Assembly: GCA_964016885.1 (NCBI GenBank)
Contig: OZ024741.1
Coordinates: 5,952,001-6,016,000, forward strand
DNA: 64,000 bases
Origin: Eledone cirrhosa
Taxonomy: Eukaryota
Direction: 5' to 3'
Part shown: one piece after another, positions 1 through 11,079 of the stretch
How the letters are laid out: the number at the start of each line of letters is the position of its first letter
Position numbering within the stretch: position 1 is the first letter of the stretch
The notes under the pieces: model-generated
What the model was told of the DNA's origin: nothing
Seen by the model: the letters and a program-made list of their open reading frames with translations, nothing else
Databases searched by the model: none
Made by a program: the position numbers and the translations under genes

Positions 1-2693
1 CTCACAGAATATCTCAGATGTGAAGGTCTTACTAACATGTCACCCCTAACACTAATTATCTCACAGAATATCTCAGATGTGAAATCTTACTAACATGTCA
101 CCCCTAACACTAATTACATCACAGAATATCTCAGATGTGAAGGTCTTACTAACATATCATCCCTTACACTAATTACCTCACAGAATATCTCAGCTGTGAA
201 GGTCTTACTAACATGTCACCCCTAACACTAATTACCTCAGAGAATATCACAGCTGTGAAGGTCTTACTAACATGTCACCCCTAACACTAATTACCTCACA
301 GAATATCTCAGATGTGAAGGTCTTACTAACATGTCACCCCTAACACTAATTATCTCACAGAATATCTCAGATGTGAAATCTTACTAACATGTCACCCCTA
401 ACACTAATTACATCACAGAATATCTCAATTGTGAAGGTCTTATTAACATGTCACCCCTAACACTAAGTACCTCACACAATATCTCAGCTGTGAAGGTGTA
501 ATTAACATGTCACACCTAACACTAATTACCTCACAGAATATCTCAACTCTGAAGGTCTTACTAACATGTCACCCCTAACATTAATTACCTCACAGAATAT
601 CTCAGCTTTGAAGGTCTTACTAACATGTCACCCCTAACACTGATTACCTCACACAATATCTCAGCTGTGAAGGTCTTACTAACATGTCACCCCTAACACT
701 AATTATCTCACAGAATATCTCAGCTGTGAAGGTCTTACTAACATGTCACCCCTAACACTAATTATCTCACAGAATATCTCAGCTGTGAAGGTCTTACTAA
801 CATGTCACCCCTAACACTAATTATCTCACAGAATATCTCAGATGTGAAGGTCTTACTAACATGTCACCCCTAACACTAATTATCTCACAGAATATCTCAG
901 TTGTGAAGGTCTTACTAACATGTCACCCCTAACACTAATTATCTCACAGAATAGCTCAGATGTGAATGTCTTACTAACATGTCACCCCTAACACTAATTA
1001 TCTCACAGAATATCTCAGATGTGAAGGTCTTACTAACATGTCACCCCTAACACTAATTATCTCACAGAATATCTCAGATGTGAAGGTCTTACTAACATGT
1101 CACCCCTAACACTAATTATCTCACAGAATATCTCAGATGTGAAATCTTACTAACATGTCACCCCTAACACTAATTACCTCACAGAATATCTCAGATGTGA
1201 AGGTCTTACTAACATGTCACCCCTAACACTAATTATCTCACAGAATATCTCAGCTGTGAAGGTCTTACTAACATGTCACCCCTAACACGAATTACCTCCC
1301 ACAATATCTCAACTGTGAAGGTCTTACTAACATGTCACCCCTAACACTAATTACCTCACAGAATATCTCAGCTGTGAAGGTCTTACTAACATATCATCCC
1401 TTACACTAATTACCTCACAGAATATCTCAGCTGTGAAGGTCTTACTAACATGTCACCCCTAACACTAATTACCTCAGAGAATATCACAGCTGTGAAGGTC
1501 TTACTAACATGTCACCCCTAACACTAATTACCTCACACAATATCTCAGTTGTGAAGGTCTTACTAACATGTCACCCCTAACACTAATTACCTCACACAAT
1601 ATCTCAGATGTGAAGGTCTTACTAACATGTCACCCCTAACACTAATTACCTCACAGAGTATCTTAGATGTGAAGGTCTTACTAACATGTCACCCCTAACA
1701 CTAATTACCTCACAGAATATCTCAACTGTGAAGGTCTTACTAATATGTCACCACTAACACTAATTACCTCACAGAATATCTCAACTGTGAAGGTCTTACT
1801 AACATGTCACCCCTAACACTAATTACCTCACAGAATATCTCAGCTGTGAAGGTCTTACTAACATGTCACCCCTAACACTAATTATCTCACAGAATATCTC
1901 AGCTGTGAAGGTCTTACTAACATGTCACCCCTAAAACTAATTATCTCACAGAATATCTCAACTGTGAAGGTCTTACTAACATGTCACCACTAACACTAAT
2001 TACCTCACAGAATACCTCAGTTGCGAAGGTCTTACTAACATGTCACCCCTAACATTAATTACCTCACAGAATATCTCAGCTGTGAAGGTCTTACTAACAT
2101 GTCACCCCTAACATTAATTACCTCACAGAATGTCTCAGCTGTGAAGGTCTTACTAACATGTCACCCCTATCACTAATTACCTCACAGAATATCTCAGCTG
2201 TGAAGGTCTTACTAACATGTCACCCCTAACTTTAATTACCTCACAGAATATCTCAGCTGTGAAGGTCTAAATAACATGTCACCCTAACACTAATTACCTC
2301 ACAGAATATCTCAACTATGAAGGTCTTACTAACATGTCACCCCTAACACTAATTACCTCACAGAATATCTCAACTATGAAGGTCTTACTAACATGTAACC
2401 ACTAACACTAATTACCTCACAGAATACCTCAGTTGCGAAGGTCTTACTAACATGTCACCCCTAACATTAATTACCTCACAGAATATCTCAGCTGTGAAGG
2501 TGTTACTAACATGTCACCCCTAACACTAATTACCTCACAGAATATCTCAGTTGTGAAGGTCTTACTAACATGTCACCCCTAGCACTAATTACCTCACTGA
2601 GTATCTCAGCTGTGAAGGTCTTTCTAACATGTCACCCCTAACACTAATTATCTCACAGAATATCTCAGTTGTGAAGGTCTTACTAAAATGTCA
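1..2693. repeat. Tandem satellite array, 59-bp monomer (CTCACAGAATATCTCAGCTGTGAAGGTCTTACTAACATGTCACCCCTAACACTAATTAC), ~45-46 copies, truncated by window start
   Basis: CTCACAGAAT starts at 1 and again at 60, and the period continues head-to-tail to ...TACTAAAATGTCA at 2693. Occasional 58-bp variants occur (GTGAAATCTT at ~80, ~375, ~1141; 3-C variant at ~2281). Recurrent polymorphisms include CAGCTG/CAGATG/CAACTG/CAGTTG and TTACCT/TTATCT. Confidence 0.98.
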
Positions 2694-5600
2694 AAGGGAA
2701 GGCTTGTTTCAATAGGGAAGCACACCAAAAGGAAGAAAGAGTAGGCTTGTTTCAATAGGGCAGCACCCTAAAAGGAAGAAAGGGATCGCTTGTTTCAATA
2801 GAGCTGCACCCCAATAGAAAGAAATGGAACGCTTGTTTCAATAGGGCAGCACCCCTAAGGTAAGAAAGGGAACCTTTGTTTCACTAGGGCAGCACCTCAA
2901 AAGGAAGAAAGGGAACGCTTGTTTCAATAGGGCAGCACCCCTAAAGGAAGAAAGGGAACGCTTGTTTCAATAGGGCAGCACCCCAAAATGAAGAAAGGGA
3001 AGGCTTGTTTCAATAAGGCAGCACCCCAAAAGGAAGAAAGGGAAGGCTTAATTCAATGGGGCATCACCCCAAAAGGAAGAAAGGGAAGGCTTGTTTCAAT
3101 AGGACAGCACCCCAAAAAGAGGAAAGGGAAGGCTTGTTTCAATAGGGCAGCATCCCAAAAGGAAGACAGGGAACGCTTGTTTCAATAGGACAGCACCCCA
3201 AAAGGAAGAAATGGAAGGCTTGTTTCAATAGGACAGCACCCCAAAAGGAAGAAAGTGATGGCTTGTTTCATTAGGGCAGCACCCCAAAAGGAAGAAAGGG
3301 AAGGCTTTTTTCAATGGGGCAGCACCCGAAATGGAAGAAAGGGAAGGCTTGTTTCAATAGGGCAGCATCCCAAAAGGAAGGGAACGCTTGTTTCAATAGG
3401 GCAGCACCCCAAAAGGAATAAAGGGAAGGCTGGTTTCAATAGGGCAGCACCCCAAAAGGAAGAAAGGGAACGATTTTTTCAATAGGGCAGCACCCCAGAA
3501 GGAAGAAAGTTAACGCTTGTGTCAATAGGGCAGCACCCCAAAAGGAAGAAAGGGAACGTTTGTTTCCATTGGGTAGCACCCCAAAAGGAAGAAAGGAAAC
3601 GCTTGTTTCAATAGGGCAGCACCCCAAAAGGAAGAAAGGGAAGGCTTGTTTCAATAGGGCTGCTCCCCAAAACGTAGAAAGGGAAGGCTTGTTTCAATAG
3701 GGCAGCATCCCAAAAGGAAGAAAGGGAAGGCTTGTTTCAATAGGGCAGCACCCCAAAACGAAGAACGGGAAGGCTTGTTTCAATAGGGCAGCATCCCAAA
3801 AGGAAGAAAGTGGACGTTTGTTTCAATAGGGCCACACCCCAGAAGGAAGAAAGGGAACGCTTGTGTCAATAGGGCAGCACCCCAAAAGGAAGAAAGGGAA
3901 GGCTTGTTTCAATAGGGCAGCACCCCAAAACGAAGAACGGGAAGGCTTGTTTCAATAAGGCAGCACCCCAAAAGGAAGAATGGGAACGTTTGTTTCAATA
4001 GGGCAGCACCCGAAAATGAAGAAAAGGAAGGTGTGTTTCAATAGGGCAGCATGCCAAAGGGAAGAAAGGGAAGGCTTGTTTCAATAGGGCAGCACCCCAA
4101 AAGGAAGAAAGGGAAGGCTTGTTTCAATAGGGCAGCACCCCAAAAGGAAGAAGGGAAGGCTTGTTTCAATAGGGCAGCTCCCCAAAACGTAGTAAGGGAA
4201 GGCTTGTTTCAATAGGGCAGCATCCCAAAAGGAAGAAAGGGAAGGCCTGTTTCAATAGGGCAGCAGCCCAAAAGAAAGAAAGGGAAGGCTTGTTTCAATA
4301 GGGCAGCACCCCAAAACGAAGAACGGTAAGGCTTGGTTCCATAGGGCAGCATCCCAAAAGGAAGAAAGGGAACGTTTGTTTCAATAGGGCAGCACCCCAG
4401 AAGGAAGAAAGGGAACGCTTGTGTCAATAGGGCAGCACCCCAAAAGGAAGAAAGGGAAGGCTTGTTTCAATAGGGCAGCACCCTAAAAGGAAGAAAGGGA
4501 ACGCTTGTTTCAATAGGGCAGCACCCTTAAAAGAAGAAAGGGAACGCTTGTTTCAACAGGGCAGTACCCCTATAGTAAGAAAGGGAACGCTTGTTTAAAT
4601 AGGGCAGCACCCCAAAAGGAAGAAAGGGAACGCTTGTTTCAATAGGGCAGCACCCCTAAAGGAAGAAAGGGAACGCTTGTTTCAATAGGGCAGCGCCGCA
4701 AAAGGAAGAAAGGGAACGCTTGTTTAAATAGGGCAGCACCCCAAAAGGAAGAAAGGTAACGCTTGTTTCAATAGGGCAGCACCCAAAAATGAAGAAAGTG
4801 AATGGTTGTTTCAATAGGGCAGTACCCCAAAAGGAAGAAAGGGAAGGCTTAATTCAATCGGGCAGCACCCCAAAACGAAGAAAGGGAACGCTTGTTTCAA
4901 AAGGGCAGCACCCCAAAAGGAAGAAAGGGAAGGCTTGTTTCAAAAGGTCAGCACCCGAAAAGGAAGTAAGGGAAGGCTTGTTTCAATAGGACAGCACCCG
5001 AAAATGAAGAAAGGGAAGGCTTGTTGCAATAGGGCAGCACACTAAAAGGAAGAAAGGGAACGATTGTTTCAATAGGGCAGCATCCCAAAAGGAAGAAAGA
5101 GGACGCTGGTGTCAATAGGGCAGCACCCCAAAACGAAAAACGGGAAGGCTTCTTTCAATAGAGTAGCATCCCAAAAGGAAGAAAGAGGTCGTTTGTTTCA
5201 ATAGGGCAGCACCCCAGAAAGAAGAAAGGGAACGCTTGTGTCAATAGGGCAGCACCCCAAAAGGAAGAAAGGGAAGGCTTGTTTCAATAGGGCAGCACCC
5301 CAAAAGGAAGAAAGGGAAGGCTTGTTTCAATAGGGCAGCACCCCAAAACGAAGAACGGGAAGGCTTGTTTCAATAGGGCAGCAACCCTAAAAGAAGAAAG
5401 GGAACGCTTGTTTCAATAGGGCAGCACCCCTAAAGGAAGAAAGGGAACGCTTGTTTCAATAGGGCAGCACCCCAAAAGGAAGAAAGGGAAGGCTTGTTTC
5501 AATAGGGCAGCTCCCCAAAACATAGTAAGGGAAGGCTTGTTTCAATAGGGCAGCATCCCAAAAGGAAGAGAGGGAAGGCCTGTTTCAATAGGGCAGCACC

Positions 5601-7934
5601 CCAAAAGGAAGAAAGGGAAGGCTTGTTTCAATAGGGCAGCACCCCAAAACGAAGAACGGTAAGGCTTGGTTCCATAGGGCAGCATCCCAAAAGGAAGAAA
5701 GGGAACGTTTGTTTCAATAGGGCAGCACCCCAGAAGGAAGAAAGGGAACGCTTGTGTCAATAGGGCAGCACCCCAAAAGGAAGAAAGGGAAGGCTTGTTT
5801 CAATAGGGCAGCACCCTAAAAGGAAGAAAGGGAACGCTTGTTTCAATAGGGCAGCACCCTTAAAAGAAGAAAGGGAACCCTTGTTTCAATAGGGCAGTAC
5901 CCCTATAGTAAGAAAGGGAACGCTTTTTTCAATAGGGCAGCGCCCCAAAAGGAAGAAAGGGAACGCTTGTTTAAATAGGGCAGCACCCCAAAAGGAAGAA
6001 AGGTAACGCTAGTTTCAATAGGGCAGCACCCAAAAATGAAGAAAGTGAATGGTTGTTTCAATAGGGCAGTACCCCAAAAGGAAGAAAGGGAAGGCTTAAT
6101 TCAATAGGGCAGCACCCCAAAAGGAAGAAAGGGAAGGCTTGTTTCAAAAGGGCAGCACCCGAAAAGGAAGAAAGGGAAGGCTTGTTTCAATAGGACAGCA
6201 CCCGAAAAGGAAGAAAGGGAAGGATTGATGCAATAGGGCAGCACACCAAAAGGAAGAAAGGGAACGATTGTTTCAATAGGGCAGCATCCCAAAAGGAAGA
6301 AAGGCAACGTTTGTTTCAATAGGGCAGCACCCCAAAAGGAAGAAAGAGGACGCTGGTGTCAATAGGGCAGCACCCCAAAACGAAAAACGGGAAGGCTTCT
6401 TTCAATAGGGCAGCATCCCAAAAGGAAGAAAGGGGTCGTTTGTTTCAATAGGGCAGCACCCCAGAAAGAAGAAAGGGAACGCTTGTGTCAATAGGGCAGC
6501 ACCCCAAAAGGAAGAAAGGGACGGCTTGTTTCAATAGGGCAGCACCCCAAAAGGAAGAAAGGGAAGGCTTGTTTCAATAGGGCAGCACCCCAAAACGAAG
6601 AACGGGAAGGCTTGTTTCAATAGGGCAACACCCCTATAAGAAGAAAGGGAACGCTTGTTTCAATAGGGCAGCACCCCTAAAGGAAGAAAGGGAACGCTTG
6701 TTTCAATAGGGCAGCACCCCAAAAGGAAGAAACGGGAGGCTTGTTTCAATAAGGCAGCACCCCAAAAGGAAGAAAGGGAAGGCTTAATTCAATAGGGCAG
6801 CACACCAAAAGGAAGAAAGGGAAGGCTTGTTTCAATAGGACAGCACCCCAAAAGGAAGAAAGGGAAGGCTTGTTTCAATAGGGCAGCATCCCAAAAGGAA
6901 GAAAGGGAACGCTTGTTTCAATAGGTCAGCACCCCAAAAGGAAGAAATGGAAGGCTTGTTTCAATAGGACAGCACCCCCAAAGGAAGAAAGGGATGGCTT
7001 GTTTCAATAGGGCAGCACCCTAAAAGGAAGAAAGGGATCGCTTGTTTCAATAGAGCTGCACCCCAATAGAAAGAAATGGAACGCTTGTTTCAATAGGGCA
7101 GCACCCCTAAGGTAAGAAAGGGAACCTTTGTTTCACTAGGGCAGCACCTCAAAAGGAAGAAAGGGAACGCTTGTTTCAATAGGGCAGCACCCCAAAAGGA
7201 AGAAAGGGAAGGCTTGTTTCAATAAGGCAGCACCCCAAAAGGAAGAAAGGGAAGGCTTAATTCAATGGGGCATCACCCCAAAAGGAAGAAAGGGAAGGCT
7301 GGTTTCAATAGGACAGCACCCCAAAAAGAGGAAAGGGAAGGCTTGTTTCAATAGGGCAGCATCCCAAAAGGAAGACAGGGAACGCTTGTTTCAATAGGAC
7401 AGCACCCCAAAAGGAAGAAATGGAAGGCTTGTTTCAATAGGACAGCACCCCAAAAGGAAGAAAAGGAATATTTGTTTCAATAGGGCAGCACCCCAAAAGG
7501 AAGAAAGGGAAGGCTTGTTTCAATAGGGCAGCACCCCAAAACGAAGAACGGGAAGGCTTGTTTCAATAGGGCAGCAAACCTAAAAGAAGAAAGGGAACGC
7601 TTGTTTCAATAGGGCAGCACCCCTAAAGGAAGAAAGGGAACGCTTGTTTCAATAGGGCAGCACCCCAAAAGGAAGAAAGGGAAGGCTTGTTTCAATAGGG
7701 CAGCTCCCCAAAACATAGTAAGGGAAGGCTTGTTTCAATAGGGCAGCATCCCAAAAGGAAGAAAGGGAAGGCCTGTTTCAATAGGGCAGCACCCCAAAAG
7801 GAAGAAAGGGAAGGCTTGTTTCAATAGGGCAGCACCCCAAAACGAAGAACGGTAAGGCTTGGTTCCATAGGGCAGCATCCCAAAAGGAAGAAAGGGAACG
7901 TTTGTTTCAATAGGGCAGCACCCCAGAAGGAAGA

Positions 7935-8625
7935 AAGGGAACGCTTGTGTCAATAGGGCAGCACCCCAAAAGGAAGAAAGGGAAGGCTTGTTTCAATAGG
8001 GTAGCACCCTAAAAGGAAGAAAGGGAACGCTTGTTTCAATAGGGCAGCACCCTTAAAAGAAGAAAGGGAACCCTTGTTTCAATAGGGCAGTACCCCTATA
8101 GTAAGAAAGGGAACGCTTTTTTCAATAGGGCAGCGCCCCAAAAGGAAGAAAGGGAACGCTTGTTTAAATAGGGCAGCACCCCAAAAGGAAGAAAGGTAAC
8201 GCTTGTTTCAATAGGGCAGCACCCCAAAATGAAGAAAGTGAATGGTTGTTTCAATAGGGCAGTACCCCGAAAGGAAGAAAGGGAACGCTTGTGTCAATAG
8301 GGCAGCACCCCAAAAGGAAGAAAGGGAAGGCTTGTTTCAATAGGGCAGCACCCTAAAAGTAAGAAAGGGAACGCTTGTTTCAATAGGGCAGCACCCTTAA
8401 AAGAAGAAAGGGAACCATTGTTTCAATAGGGCAGTACCCCTATAGTAAGAAAGGGAACGCTTTTTTCAATAGGGCAGCGCCCCAAAAGGAAGAAAGGGAA
8501 CGCTTGTTTAAATAGGGCAGCACCCCAAAAGGAAGAAAGGTAACGCTTGTTTCAATAGGGCAGCACCCCAAAATGAAGAAAGTGAATGGTTGTTTCAATA
8601 GGGCAGTACCCCAAAAGGAAGAAAG
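7935..8625. repeat. Local tandem duplication of 344 bp (8 monomers)
   Basis: TACCCCTATAGT occurs at 8091 and 8435. The GGTAACGC and GTGAATGGTT variants follow in the same order in both copies. Confidence 0.85.
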
Positions 8626-11079
8626 GGAAGGCTTAATTCAATAGGGCAGCACCCCAAAAGGAAGAAAGGGAAGGCTTGTTTCAAAAGGGCAGCACCCGAA
8701 AAGGAAGAAAGGGAAGGCTTGTTTCAATAGGACAGCACCCGAAAAGGAAGAAAGGGAAGGATTGATGCAATAGGGCAGCACACCAAAAGGAAGAAAGGGA
8801 ACGATTGTTTCAATAGGGCAGCATCCCAAAAGGAAGAAAGGCAACGTTTGTTTCAATAGGGCAGCACCCCAAAAGGAAGAAAGAGGACGCTGGTGTCAAT
8901 AGGGCAGCACCCCAAAACGAAAAACGGGAAGGCTTCTTTCAATAGGGCAGCATCCCAAAAGGAAGAAAGGGGTCGTTTGTTTCAATAGGGCAGCACCCCA
9001 GAAAGAAGAAAGGGAACGCTTGTGTCAATAGGGCAGCACCCCAAAAGGAAGAAAGGGACGGCTTGTTTCAATAGGGCAGCACCCCAAAAGGAAGAAAGGG
9101 AAGGCTTGTTTCAATAGGGCAGCACCCCAAAACGAAGAACGGGAAGGCTTGTTTCAATAGGGCAGCACCCCTATAAGAAGAAAGGGAACGCTTGTTTCAA
9201 TAGGGCAGCACCCCTAAAGGAAGAAAGGGAACGCTTGTTTCAATAGGGCAGCACCCCAAAAGGAAGAAAGGGGAGGCTTGTTTCAATAAGGCAGCACCCC
9301 AAAAGGAAGAAAGGGAAGGCTTAATTCAATAGGGCAGCACCCCAAAAGGAAGAAAGGGAAGGCTTGTTTCAATAGGACAGCACCCCAAAAGGAAGAAAGG
9401 GAAGGCTTGTTTCAATAGGGCAGCATCCCAAAAGGAAGAAAGGGAACGCTTGTTTCAATGGAAGGCTTGTTTCAATAGGACAGCACCCCCAAAGGAAGAA
9501 AGGGATGGCTTGTTTCAATAGGGCAGCACCCTAAAAGGAAGAAAGGGATCGCTTGTTTCAATAGAGCTGCACCCCAATAGAAAGAAATGGAACGCTTGTT
9601 TCAATAGGGCAGCACCCCTAGGGTAAGAAAGGGAACCTTTGTTTCACTAGGGCAGCACCTCAAAAGGAAGAAAGGGAACGCTTGTTTCAATAGGGCAGCA
9701 CCCCTAAAGGAAGAAAGGGAACGCTTGTTTCAATAGGGCAGCACCCCAAAAGGAAGAAAAGGAATGTTTGTTTCAATAGGGCAGCACCCCAAAACATAGT
9801 AAGGGAAGGCTTGTTTCAATAGGGCAGCATCCCAAAAGGAAGAAAGGGAAGGCCTGTTTCAATAGGGCAGCACCCCAAAAGGAAGAAAGGGAAGGCTTGT
9901 TTCAATAGGGCAGCACCCCAAAACGAAGAACGGTAAGGCTTGGTTCCATAGGGCAGCATCCCAAAAGGAAGAAAGGGAACGTTTGTTTCAATAGGGCAGC
10001 ACCCCAGAAGGAAGAAAGGGAACGCTTGTGTCAATAGGGCAGCACCCCAAAAGGAAGAAAGGGAAGGCTTGTTTCAATAGGGCAGCACCCCAAAACGAAG
10101 AACGGGAAGGCTTGTTTCAATAGGGCAGCAACCCTAAAAGAAGAAAGGGAACGCTTGTTTCAATAGGGCAGCACCCCTAAAGGAAGAAAGGGAACGCTTG
10201 TTTCAATAGGGCAGCACCCCAAAAGGAAGAAAGGGAAGGCTTGTTTCAATAGGGCAGCTCCCCAAAACATAGTAAGGGAAGGCTTGTTTCAATAGGGCAG
10301 CATCCCAAAAGGAAGAAAGGGAAGGCCTGTTTCAATAGGGCAGCACCCCAAAAGGAAGAAAGGGAAGGCTTGTTTCAATAGGGCAGCACCCCAAAACGAA
10401 GAACGGTAAGGCTTGGTTCCATAGGGCAGCATCCCAAAAGGAAGAAAGGGAACGTTTGTTTCAATAGGGCAGCACCCCAGAAGGAAGAAAGGGAACGCTT
10501 GTGTCAATAGGGCAGCACCCCAAAAGGAAGAAAGGGAAGGCTTGTTTCAATAGGGTAGCACCCTAAAAGGAAGAAAGGGAACGCTTGTTTCAATAGGGCA
10601 GCACCCTTAAAAGAAGAAAGGGAACCCTTGTTTCAATAGGGCAGTACCCCTATAGTAAGAAAGGGAACGCTTTTTTCAATAGGGCAGCGCCCCAAAAGGA
10701 AGAAAGGGAACGCTTGTTTAAATAGGGCAGCACCCCAAAAGGAAGAAAGGTAACGCTTGTTTCAATAGGGCAGCACCCCAAAATGAAGAAAGTGAATGGT
10801 TGTTTCAATAGGGCAGTACCCCGAAAGGAAGAAAGGGGAGGCTTAATTCAATAGGGCAGCACCCCAAAAGGAAGAAAGGGAAGGCTTGTTTCAAAAGGGC
10901 AGCACCCGAAAAGGAAGAAAGGGAAGGCTTGTTTCAATAGGACAGCACCCGAAAAGGAAGAAAGGGAAGGATTGATGCAATAGGGCAGCACACCAAAAGG
11001 AAGAAAGGGAACGATTGTTTCAATAGGGCAGCATCCCAAAAGGAAGAAAGGCAACGTTTGTTTCAATAGGGCAGCACCC

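Noticed and set aside
1-2693. 59-bp period as a CRISPR array, or CACAG...CTGTG as RAG recombination signals or Transib ends
   Set aside because: The whole unit is conserved with no spacer. The heptamer CACAGTG is incomplete, and there is no nonamer, transposase or target-site duplication.
3750-3775. Variant AAACGAAGAACGGG as a CENP-B box
   Set aside because: The box requires TTCG-NNNN-A-NN-CGGG. Here TTCG is absent on this strand and the two CpGs are 5 rather than 7 nt apart.
6101-8638. Offset 2537 = 59x43, suggesting a numerical link between the two satellites
   Set aside because: It is one of many integer multiples (51+8 monomers) and is best explained as coincidence. I see no alignable homology between the two monomers.
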